NCBI RefSeq assembly: GCF_009914755.1
Contig: NC_060931.1
Length of the DNA stretch: 64,000 bases
DNA from: the human T2T-CHM13v2.0 reference genome, Homo sapiens
Strand: one strand, 5' to 3'
Made by a program: the position numbers and the translations under genes. Below, piece after piece: positions 1 to 12,038 of this stretch. The notes under the pieces are model-generated. The model did not search any database. It had not been told where the DNA came from and worked only from the letters and a program-made list of their open reading frames with translations. Position 1 is the stretch's first letter. Every line of letters starts with the position of its first letter.

Positions 1-29
1 TCCTGTCTTTGCCATGGTGATGGCTACTG

Positions 30-270
30 TGGAGTGGAGTGTTGGTTAGGGGCCCTGGAGCCCCACCCTTCTAGTTTCGAAACCCACCTCTGCCTTATTA
101 CCTGTGTGACCTTGGGCAAGTTATGTAATCTCTCCAACTGTCATTCTCCTTATTTGAAAAATTATACTAATTAATGCCTAACTCAAAAGATTATTTTGAA
201 TATTAAATGAGATAATGCCCATAAAGAGTTTAGCACAGGGCGTGTTATACAGTGAAGTATTCACAATTAC
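30..270 (+). mobile_element. MIR SINE
   Basis: Core motif tgtgtgaccttgggcaagttatgtaatctctc and 3' part attaaatgagataatgcc...ttagcacagg resemble the MIR consensus; boundaries approximate. Confidence 0.85.
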
Positions 271-377
271 CATTGAAGAAATTTGATGATTAGCATTTGA
301 TATCACTGAGGCTAGGAGATGCAGCAAGAACTTCAGTGGGTAAATTTCTAGGCAGACAAACAATATTACTAAAATAG

Positions 378-437
378 AAGGTATATGAGCCATCTGCCCC
401 TTTTTACAAGGTATATGAGCCATCTGCCCCTTTTTAC
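378..437. repeat. Perfect 30-bp tandem duplication
   Basis: aaggtatatgagccatctgcccctttttac at 378-407 and 408-437, identical. Confidence 0.97.
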
Positions 438-711
438 AAACTACGGAAAATTTAAAGTTAATTCAATAAGCAGAATTCCTGGTATTATTATTAAATATCA
501 ACTTTTCAATTGACCTGGCCATAAACCATCTGTTTGTTGATAAAGACACACAACCTAAACTTACAGAAATAGTACCATTATTCAACTTTATATGCCAGTG
601 GTTCATTTCTTTAACAAATATGTAGCGCTCTCCTTCATGCTATGCTAGACTGAACTAATTGTTCAGGACGTCAGAGGACAAGTTTAGTTCTTGCTCTGAG
701 AAAACATCATC

Positions 712-1102
712 TGTATGAGTTTGCAAGGGTTTCCATAATAAAATAACAAAGATTGGATGGCATAAGCAACAGAAATTTATTTTCTCACAGTTCTAGAGGC
801 TAGAAGCCCAAGATCAAAGTACCCTCAGGGTTGTTTTCTGGTGAGGGCTCTCTTCCTGGCTCGCTGACGGCTGCCTTCTTCTTGTATTCTCATATGGCCT
901 TTCCTCTGTGCACACCTGCGAGACAGAGCTCTCTTTCTCTTCTAAGGACACCAATACTATCCTATCAGGGAGCATGCCCCACCCTCCAACCTCATTTAAC
1001 TGTAATTGCCTCCTTAAAGGCCCATCTCCAAATACAGACCTCCAAATTGGGGAGTAGGGCTTTAACATGTGAATTTTGGGGGACATAATCCTGTTCATAA
1101 CA
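712..1102 (-). mobile_element. MaLR solo LTR (MLT1B-like)
   Basis: TG...CA termini, about 390 bp; agaaatttattttctcacagttctagaggctagaag and catgtgaattttgggggac match the reverse complement of MLT1. Confidence 0.88.
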
Positions 1103-2277
1103 CTATCTAACCAAAGAACCAGAAAAATAGAAGATCAAGGGACACCTAGTTCAAGTTTTTAGGTGAACCATATCCTACATAAATTAACATAAAAACATTT
1201 CTGAGAGAGAAAAAAAAGAATACTATGTTGGTACTCTAACTCAAAGATCTTGGACTGAGAATCAGGTTGTTTGTGTTCTAATCTTCCTTCTGCAGTGAAA
1301 TTGCAGTTTAGGCAAATCAATTTCTCAAGTCATTCTGCCTCTCTGTGACTGAATCAGATGAAGCCTAATGATGCTTATAAAGTTGTTTTAAGACATAAAA
1401 GAGCTCTACAAGGATAAGATGCTGTCATTTTCATCACTGGCTTTCAGCTAAAAGCTCAGCCTGATATATTTTTACCATTTCAGGGAAGGCAATCTTCCTC
1501 TCCAGTTCAAGTATGTAGCATAATATCAAAGAATATTGATGTTAAAATGTGGACTTCATGATCAACATATTGATTAGACACTATTTTGAATATGTTAAGA
1601 GAGAAAGCTTCAACCTACACATCCCTGTCAACCATCAACCAACCCCAATCATAAACATCTTTAGCAGAAGACTGAATTCTCCTTTTCTTGAAATTCCATA
1701 GTGTGTGTTGCTTTATTCCAATTACACGATGTCTTAACATGAAACTGTAATGCGATTTTCATTCAGTTCTTAATTTCAGATAGCCAGAATATATTTCTTT
1801 ATAACCAATCGAGAAATGTGACTATAATGAAGTCAGCATTACTTGGTAAAAAGATTTAAAACAAAATGCTCTTTCTCTACTAGTCGAACTAAAACTTGTC
1901 TGCATAGAGGACATCTGTAACGTAAAGGAGGTCAGGGGCATGCAATGAATCAATTCAGGAGTCTTCACAAGCGCAATCATTCTTTTCTACTAAACTAAAA
2001 TTGTTAAGATCCTTTTCATTTTGAACATAATCACTTTTATAGTTTCCAAGTACAGGAATCTTTAAAATCTATAGCTAGAGATGTGTAGATAAGAATAATA
2101 TATTCAATGAACTTCTTTTTCATGGGGTGTAATCTGTATAATTGTTTAACACAAGGAAAACCACAATAAAGAAATCATGCCCATTCTCTGGGGAAACAGA
2201 ATAAAAGCACACAGGGTCAAATATGCAGGTTCTGTGTGTAAATAGCACTGATGAAGTGCATATCTTGCACATTTTAC

Positions 2278-2370
2278 CTTTATGTGCTTCCTTCTGTGGG
2301 AGAATAACAAACTCCCTGCAGGTCTATAGTAGTGACAATGATTAAAACTTGGGATAAAGCAGAAGAGGAT
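2278..2370 (-). other. Candidate 93-nt exon on minus strand (unverified)
   Basis: Minus strand: tttttctaacaatttcag| ... AAAG|gtaaaa. Open in phase 0 (ILFCFIPSFNHCHYYRPAGSLLFSHRRKHIK); peptide not recognised. Confidence 0.25.
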
Positions 2371-3577
2371 CTGAAATTGTTAGAAAAACTCTCTGATCCC
2401 CAATCTGTTTGCTCTACTGATTGAAAGACACCAGATTTACCAACAGCTGAAACTGATGCTGGGCTTGAACACAGGGGAGAATCAAGCAGCAAAACTCAGC
2501 TTTTTCTTTCTTGTGCCCCTTCTAGTAGAGACAGTCCATAAATATTTACTGAAGGAACGAATGAATCACACAGACGGAGCACAGTTGGGCAAGCCAGTCT
2601 CACACGTCTTCCGCTGGGACGAGGACGAAATATTTATAAGTCGTGATCAATAAAATCTTCCCTACCTGCTACCTTTCTCCCTTCTACCCTATCACGACAC
2701 AAAAACCTGCTCCCAGTTCCTCTGCTTGTACCACCTACAAGGTTTTCCTAGTTATCTCATGCTACTTCCCTGGGGAAGCTTTCTTGGCCACCAAAGGAAA
2801 GAATAAGGCAGGAGTTCTCATTGACACCAATGGGACCAATTGTTTTCTCCCATCACTGCTGTGGTTACCACCCCAACTGTGACTGCTGCCTTAAAATACA
2901 CTCGTTTTAGTAAGGGTGAGAGAACTCAGTTCTACAAACTGCTTATAGACCAGACACATGAAATGTACACAGTTTTACCACACTCTCTGAGAATAACATA
3001 ATATGCCATGAAGATCTTCAAAGCCCACACTATTTTATTTTCCTTCTAGTTAATGATGCCTTGGGCTTTAGGGCCACAGATCTCTCTTTTATTTTGCTAG
3101 TTCAGTTTAGTTTCCACCTCAGGCCCTAGCTGAGATATAAAGGTATGCAAGTAGAGCTGTGGAGAAATTGTGCTGTGTGTTCTACAAGAGAGGGTCACAT
3201 TTGGCTTTTGGTTGCAAATATCCTATTTACTTCCAACTGAAACTCAATAATACAGCATTCTGTTAATTCTATCCACATGAACTCACCGACCGCCTCTTAT
3301 CTATGTCAGAAATACAAAGTCCTCCTCAGTTCCTCTGAAACTAATTTTTTCATCTCGATTAGCACATCTAGGAGTCTTCCTCCTTCAATCATGTCCTCCT
3401 TTGTGTCTTGGTTTTGATGATTTTTCTCATCAGTCCTTTCCTTCCACTCTCAATCACATCAGACTGGCATCTCTTCATCTTTCTTCTTTCTTTTTGTGTT
3501 TGAAACCACAAGTGTTTTTAGGATTCCAAGTTGATTGAACTCTACTCCATACATACTCCAAAATTTTCTTACCAAAT

Positions 3578-3919
3578 TGTATTTCTATTCTTTTTTTATG
3601 GCTGAGTAATATTCTCTTGCATATATACACTACATTTTTGTTATCCATTCATCCATTGATGGACACTTAGGTTACTTCCATATCTTTGCTATTGTGAACA
3701 GTGCTGCAATAAACATGGGAGTACAGATATCTCTTCAATATACTGATTTCTTTTCTTTTGCATGTATACCCAGCAGTGAGATTGCTGGATCCTATGATAG
3801 TTCTAGTTTTAGTTTTTTGAGAAACTTCCATTCTATTTTCCATAATGGCTGTACTACTTTCCATTCCCACTAACACTGTTTGATCGTTTCCCCTTGCCCA
3901 TATCCCCATCAGTATTTGT
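3578..3919 (-). mobile_element. L1 (L1MA/L1PB-type) ORF2 C-terminal/3' fragment
   Basis: tatggctgagtaatattc...tatccattcatccattgatggacacttaggtt...tatacccagcagtgagattgctggatc is characteristic antisense L1 3' sequence. Confidence 0.9.
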
Positions 3920-4604
3920 CCCCATACAAATTTATTTCTTGTGTGATTGACAACTTAATTACAATATTATGACCCTTTTCTAATCAGTCTGGGACAACTT
4001 AAAGTCTGCAGTGGCTTTAAGGAGATTTCCTTGAGAGCAATTAATTACTGTGTTGAGCCATCCTGCCCATTTTGAGATGAAGCTTATCTTGCACTGTGTG
4101 ACCCTGGCCTTGCCAGTGCATTCCTAAAATGGAAGAACAGCAAGTGAGGCGTCAGCAGTCAATCACCCGCCTAGCATGCTCCCATGCTGAATGCTTTTCC
4201 TTTTAAGAACCATAATCAGATCTAATGATTTGCAAGATAGAAAAGAACACTCTCATTTATCTTGCAGAGTGCATCAAGGTATGTGGGAAGGATGGAGATA
4301 TAAATGCAAATGACCTTGACAACAAGCTAAGAAAAACTAGTCAGAACTTTGAACTCAATGATGTTTAAGAAAGATTCATGGGTTAAGTTGTACATTAGAA
4401 GTTTTTTGAAGTAAAGATATACAAAATAGAGTCTTAAGTCACTCCAAGGTCAATGGAGTGAGATACTTACTGAACATGAGTTAAAATTGTTTTTTTTTCT
4501 GATCATGCACATTAAGATGTGATGAATGAAAAGTGTGCTGCATAGCATATGAGAGTTGAAAGGTAAGTCCAAGACACCCCCTTTGATTGGACCCTTTATT
4601 GGTA

Positions 4605-5045
4605 CACTTAATGATAAGTGACAGAACCGCAACTCAAACTTGCTTAAAGAAAAAGGAAATTTTAGGTTTCATAAAATTAAGAAGTCTTTAGACTGGCACT
4701 AGTTTCAGGCACGAGTATATCCAAGGATTCACAAGATGCCATTAGGAGCATGTTTTTCTCCCTGCACCTCAGGTCTACCTGTCTTTCTTGTCTTTATGCT
4801 ACATTCTTGTGCAAACATGTTACCAGCATGCCTCCCTTGAACTCAGGGCTCCTGAACCTAAATTTCTCTACATCCAAAGGGCTCTGATGGGCCCATCTTG
4901 GGTCCCATGCCACTTCCTGGACTAAATAGTGTGTCTACAAGATGGAATATTCTGTGTGATGGCAGGCAGGCTCACCTGATGAGAAGTTCTACTAGAATTA
5001 GGGGGAATAGGGAAAGGTGCTAGGCAGACTGAAACAAAAAGGAAG
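4605..5045 (-). mobile_element. Old MaLR LTR (MLT1J/K-like)
   Basis: aagtgacagaaccgcaactcaaacttgcttaaagaaaaaggaaatt and tctgatgggcccatcttgggtcccatgcccacttcctggac resemble MLT1J-class LTRs. Confidence 0.7.
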
Positions 5046-5949
5046 GGGACCAGAGGAAACATTTCCTACAGATCTGCATGTAGGGATCTGAACAAGACAT
5101 AAGTCATCTACGTGGTTTATAGGACTGACAATGAGTGAGAATTAAGTGGAACCTTTTAGGTTCTGAGATCTCTGTCAACGATTGGACAAAGATGAAATAT
5201 GAAGTAGGTTTTTAGTTTTTGCATAAAACAAATGCAATTGGTTATACAATATTTGGGGGGAAAGAATGATAAAAGTCAAAAGAATAAAATAAAAATATGT
5301 AATCTAACCACCATAAATGTGTTTGGCAAATTTTTCTTGCATTGTATACAAATATGTGTTTATGAATCAGAATTATTCAGTATCTATACTGTATTTTTGT
5401 TTAAAATATTGAGAACATTTTGGCATATGATTAAAGCAGTCTACAAAAGTTACAAAAGTTTTAATGGCTAAATAACAGCTCATCTAATGGATGTGTCGTA
5501 GTCCATAATCAATGTCTGTTTTACATATTTAAGTTTCCCATTTTTTACTTTCATAGGTAATATTAAAATAAATATTTTGACAGCACATCTCGTCATTTTC
5601 TGAAAATTGAATCCAACTAGTTAAATTACTGAGTCATAGATATGAACATATAAAAGATTTTGGTGTGTGTTGTAGCATTTCTATCCATAATATTACTATT
5701 TTTACCAGCAATATGTGGAACGATCCTTACTGTTTCCCAAAAATGATGATTTTTCAGCTATTATATTGTGAGATATATGAAGCAAGCATTCTTGTTTCCC
5801 CCACAATATCTACTCTTAAAATCACCTAGTAAACATTTATTAAATTTTAAAGAATGGGCCATAGCAAGTATATGTTTTTAATTCTGCATTACAAAGCCAA
5901 AAGAGAGAGTCTGTGTTAATGAAGTAAATCTCTGCTTATTTTAATACCA

Positions 5950-6680
5950 GTAACACTCATTGTTGAGGATGTAGAGAAATGACTCTTCTATAAAAGCATA
6001 GTATTTCATCTGACAATTGAAGAGATGTACATCTTAACCCCAAAATTATTTATTTGGAATTATATCCAAGGAGATGTTTGATCAAATACACACAAATATA
6101 TTTGATATTTATCAATGAGATCTTTATAGTATCAGAAATCTTAAAGTTATTTCATTACCCATCTCTATTTATTTAAAATAGATCCTAGATATTCATTCAG
6201 TGGATGCAATACAGCCATTATAAAGGAATGCCTTGAGTTAAAGTTGGCTGTATTGAAATCTTGTTCCACCCCAGCCCACCAAATACCAGCCTTGTGCCCT
6301 TGCACAAATATCTTGTCTGTGACTGAGTTCCGTAAAATTTATTTTGAGCATTAAGTTGGATTTTACATAGAAAAACCTTACCAAGTTCTAATGTCAAAAT
6401 TTTTATAATTTTTATTAAATGGAAAAAATGTTGATGTGAACAAGCTATCAAATAGCATGGCTAAGAATATCCCATTTACATAAAATTATATATGTGTATG
6501 TCTGCATAGAGATCCAGAATAACATTAATCAAAATATGAATTGGATTATTTCTCATTTGGAGAACATTGGGTGGTTTTTGCTTTCCTCTTTATATTTTTC
6601 TCTATTGCTTGAATTTTCTCTATAAGTATTTATTATCTGTATGATCATAAAAAAGTTAATAATTGCATTTACTTTTTAAA
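5950..6680 (+). mobile_element. Degraded L1ME-type 3' fragment (with probable MIR fragment about 6260-6390)
   Basis: ttgttgaggatgtagagaaatga, ggaattatatccaagga, atattcattcagtggatgcaatacagccatta; highly diverged. Confidence 0.55.
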
Positions 6681-6915
6681 AAAGTCAAATTATGTAAGAA
6701 CTTCTTTAGAAAGGTCTGTACTTCATAGGTGACTTTCCCAAAGCCATGATGCCAGATTGCTTCAGGATAGCATGAGAACAAGGTCTACTAATTTTTGTTC
6801 ATATATTTTTGTTTTACTAATTTTTGTTCAAGTGCCTGCTATCAGCTAAAATGATCCTGGGCAAAAGGAACCAGCAATGAGCTTAGGCTACAACAATTAG
6901 AAAATTCCAGGCTTT

Positions 6916-7426
<511 letters not shown>

Positions 7427-7959
7427 TTATTTATTTAGTTGCTAGTAGGTGGTTTTAACCAAATCTCAAAATACTAGCCTTGGACTAAGTATTTATTCAG
7501 AGATAAGTGGAGGAATTAGGTGGTTGACGTGAATCTTCAAAGGATGAATTTAGTTAAAAAAAAAAAAAAAAGGAAATTAGTCTTTAAAATTATAGAGAAT
7601 TTATGATCTGGAAAGTTTGTTCAAGCTCAAGATATAAATAGATTTCATAGTTTCAGATAAGTATGCCATAGGTTACTGAGATTTTATTGCTATAACTCTT
7701 AAATTTGAATCATGAGAGGCAATCATCGTCCCTTAACACCAAGATCAAGAGCCAGAATAAAAGGGGATGAAATGTGTGCAAACACGAGCTGTCCATTTTG
7801 TGCTACACAATAGCTGAGTATGTGTTGATTCTTTAATAAGTTCGAATGACGACATCAAAAATATACACAGCCTATGATAATCACAGCCCCGAACTTGGAT
7901 ATTTCTCTAATTATTTTTCCTTTTCTCATTTTACTACAAAAATACTAAGAAAAATACAT

Positions 7960-8160
7960 CCTCTTAGGTACCTGCATTATACTAGTTACTATGCTTAGGG
8001 GTTACCTGTATTACCTCATTTAATCCTTACACTTGACTGCTGGGATGATGTTATTCCTATTTACTTACAGGAGAAAATCAAGACCAGAGAGGTTAAGTGC
8101 ATATACAAATCCACGGTTGGAAGCAATCGATCTGGAATCTACACACAGGTTCTTCTGATT
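7960..8160 (-). mobile_element. MIR SINE
   Basis: ctcatttaatcctta...tacaggagaaaatcaagaccagagaggttaagtg matches antisense MIR. Confidence 0.75.
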
Positions 8161-8505
8161 AGCAATATGTCATCCACAGTTCCTGACATATTGAGCTATT
8201 GCTATGTAATGAAGGTCACAGTGACTACTGTGGAGCATGTGAGAAAATATAAAATTACTTATCTAACTGATGAGTCTAATGAACACCAGACGATGTTCTC
8301 TACAATCGGTTTCTTTGATACAGATACGTAACTGACTTCCTTTTTAATTGAACAGAAGGAACATATTATTGACTCACATAACAAGGGATACTTTCAGAAT
8401 ATATAGTAATTTGTTCTGTGCAAGAAAACCTGTTTGGGGCCACACTTTTTTTCTGAAGGGTAACCTTCAAGGTATTTTCCCTGAACCATTTTTTTTTCTC
8501 TACAG

Positions 8506-8663
8506 ATTATAGAGGATCTGAAAGACTAAGATAAAGCACTCCCATTAGAAGCTGTGATGACAGACGAACGAGTTGAATAGTGACAGGCAGTGTTGGGTCC
8601 TTTTCCTGTTTCTTTCATGAAAATGGAACCGTCGTTCATTCAACCAGGAGCCTGGTCAATACG
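8506..8663 (+). other. Candidate non-coding internal exon (158 nt)
   Basis: Strong acceptor (T-run then ctctacag|) and donor ACG|gtgagc; stops in all three frames near its 5' end; not recognisably repeat-derived. Confidence 0.4.
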
Positions 8664-10229
8664 GTGAGCTCCTGTGTGTGTACACGAAGGGGCCTTTGAT
8701 AATTGCATAAGGCAGACAATTCATCTGGAAGCTCTAGAAAATAAGAGGTGGAAAAATGAGCTCTCAATGTCCACCTGGGTTTTGAAAAGGTAGATATTTG
8801 AAGTTGTGGCAGGCTGCTTTGTAATTAAATTGGTCGCTGAGGTCAGTTTTCATAGCAGTCCAATTCCAGATGTGATCATAGCGTCATGAGCCATGCCTTT
8901 ATAAATGTTACATTTCCTGGGATCAAATTATTTGCCAGAATTTACTTCCTAATTTAAAGAGTTTAAATGCCACATTATTTTGAATAGTATTTTGCTATAC
9001 TGGTGTTTTTGTGTCATGGAAAACAGTCAGAGGGCATGGCATGGAATAGCAAAAAAAGGAAAACCTCCTTCCAATTTCTGTAGAGCAGAATTCACTGCAT
9101 TCGTATCCTGCTGTCCAGTTTTGATTCAACTGGACCAATTTCTCTTTTAGCTACTATGATAAATGTAGTGTTTACTGAAAAAAGCTGATCCTATTTTCTA
9201 CTCTCTTATATACCTATCTTGAAGCGTCAGAATGCTCCTGTTATCTGGAAACATAATCCATTATACGTAGAGGTTCTTTCTCTTCTGTGATTTGAACCTA
9301 GTCTTTAATTTATTTCTATTTTGAACTGAATGTAAAGCTGATTACCCATCAGAGAAGAAGACTGGCATAATCAAGTAAGACAAGGGCAGGCTCCTTGGAA
9401 TTTTTCTTGGATAGCTTTTCTAATAGACTGAAACTAATTCTGAGACTCTACCTGTCACTATGCACAGCGCCTAATTCCCATGCAGCTGAATTAGTTTGTG
9501 TGAAATACTCTCTTTCTGAGGCCCTAGTCACTTAGAATTTATCTCAGCTCTGAAGCAATGACTGTTAATAACCTGAATAATTGTGGAGGCATTCCCCTGT
9601 ACTAAAAATTATACGCAGACTAAATCACCACAATTCGATTATGATGGATGCAATTAAAATAAATTATGTAAATGTACTATAAGAATAATTAGAACTAGAA
9701 ATGTTGATGAGTTAATTGCCATGTCTATGTACTTATGACACAGAAATCGAAGAAATTTGGAAAAAATTTAGATTATCTTAAAGATAAAACAGATCAAAAA
9801 GCATGAAAAATAATTCGGTAATGGGGACAAGAGAAGTCTCTTCTTGACATTCACTCAGGACTTTGCAAAAGAGATGAAGGTCGCACAATTCACTACATGG
9901 AATTTAGGGACTTGACAACCTGAAGGCTGAGTGACAAAGAGGCTTGGTACAAACTAAAGGATGAATTAGGAGACAGAAGTGGCTTTACTGCTCAATAATT
10001 AGAACTTTGAGGGAAATCTAAGGTCAGAAAGTAATGGTTAACGTGGATTAATATATATTCAAAAAACAAACTTTTAAAAGAATAGGAAACATAACATCAG
10101 TGTGAACTCAGGCTTTTGTCCCTCACTTTTAAGCTGTGTCCGTTGCCTGAAAGCATTGGCAACCCTGCAGCCGTAAGTACCACTGCAGCCCTCGTTTCAG
10201 CTCTAAATACAATACTGAGGCAAATGGTG

Positions 10230-11090
10230 TCATCTAAAAAAAATAAAAATAAAAGACCTAGAAGCCAGATTAAAGAGGCTCCTGCAGACACAGGATGAGA
10301 CAAATTGAAAATCAAAAAGAATAATGGCTGCAACTGATTAAAACAAATTATCGCTCCATCATTTCATAATAACACTCAAAAAAGGTTTTAAAAATTTGGA
10401 GCAATGAAGCAAAATGTACTAGACACTATTGGAAGCTGCTAAGGCACCAATTCATCATCATCTTAAACTTGATAGTTACAGGGAAGAGTAAGCTTGTATT
10501 CTGTCCTTTTAGTAGAAATTGTTCTTTGGACTAACCAAAAGAACTTAAGATATCAGTGAAGTTTTCAAACAGGAGAAATGGTAGAAATAGGAAAGCATCA
10601 TTTTGTAACTTGCAGTGAAACAAATTTTTAAAAACAAATTAAAAGGTAAAGGTGTAGTTCTGTTACTGCTTTCAAGAAACAAGGGATATGTAAAAACTAA
10701 TGCAATGAGGGAAACATTTTTGGATCCTGATTCAAACAAACTATTAAAAATATTGTTTAGACATTAGGGGATGTTTGAATATGAATCATGTATTAGATGA
10801 GAATATGGGTTTTTAAAACTAATTTTAGTAAAAGAAATAATGCATTGTATTACATAAGAAAAAAAATTTTAATTCATATTGAAGAATTTGAGTAAATAAC
10901 TTGATATTTGAAGTTTTATTGAAGGTATCCCAGCCAAAATAAAATGGGAGCAGGGAGAATAGACAGGAATAAATGAAAAAAAATGGCAAAACAAATAATG
11001 TTTATGAGGCTTAGTGACGGATCCATGTGGACTATATTTTCAACTCTTTTGCATGCTTAGAAATTTTCGTAATAAAAAGTTTTTTAAAAA
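10230..11090 (+). mobile_element. L1MC4/L1MC5-type 3' end
   Basis: gaagccagattaaagaggctcc, attggaagctgctaaggcaccaattc, tggatcctgattcaaacaaac, ending aataaaaagttttttaaaaa. Confidence 0.7.
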
Positions 11091-11418
11091 TCAAAACACT
11101 GTTTAGGCATAAACACAGAGAGACAGACAATAGAAGGTAATAAATTAACGTCAATTGCCATTATCTATTGATTTTTATGTTCCCTGAGATCTTTACATAA
11201 AATTCAAGGTTGTAAACTCTAAATAGATGCCTACACATGTAGTAAATGGGGTGAAAAATGAGAAGTAGCAGGGAGTTGTGACCTCAGGCAGAAAAATTAA
11301 CCCTGCTAACTTGGATGGTGACAGCTTAAGTGTATGAGTGATAAGAAGTGTCAGGGAGACTTTAGCATAGTGACTTGGGGCACTGATCTTCCTGGGCATC
11401 ACCTCTGTAGGGGTGTCA

Positions 11419-11836
<418 letters not shown>

Positions 11837-11869
11837 ATTGATAGCAAACAGTAGTATTACGGTTAAAGC

Positions 11870-12038
11870 CAGGGCCAGCTTCGTAGCCATCCAGTTCGCA
11901 CTGGTTCCTATGCTTAGAAAGATCCCACATCTGGTTTAGTGCTGTGCTGTTGCCATCTTGGGATTTCTAGAAATTTTAAACAAGGAGCCTCACGTTTTCA
12001 TTTTCCACTCGACCCTTCAAATTATGTCAAAAGTCCTG
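11870..12038 (+). mobile_element. MER91A-like hAT-Tip100 non-autonomous DNA transposon
   Basis: cagggccagcttc...aaattatgtcaaaagtcctg termini, internal ggtttagtgctgtgctgttgccatcttg; 8-bp TSD gttaaagc/gttagagt (6/8). Confidence 0.85.

Noticed and set aside
4268-4278. 11-nt microexon-like cttgcag|agtgcatcaag|gtatgt (similar ones at 1484-1510, 13830-13882, 15113-15162)
   Set aside because: Splice-like pairs of this quality arise often by chance in AT-rich DNA, and no coherent reading frame links them.
9640-9960. Possible L3/CR1 relic (also about 53020-53100; HAL1/L1 ORF1-like at 46550-47550)
   Set aside because: Too diverged to assign family or boundaries by eye.
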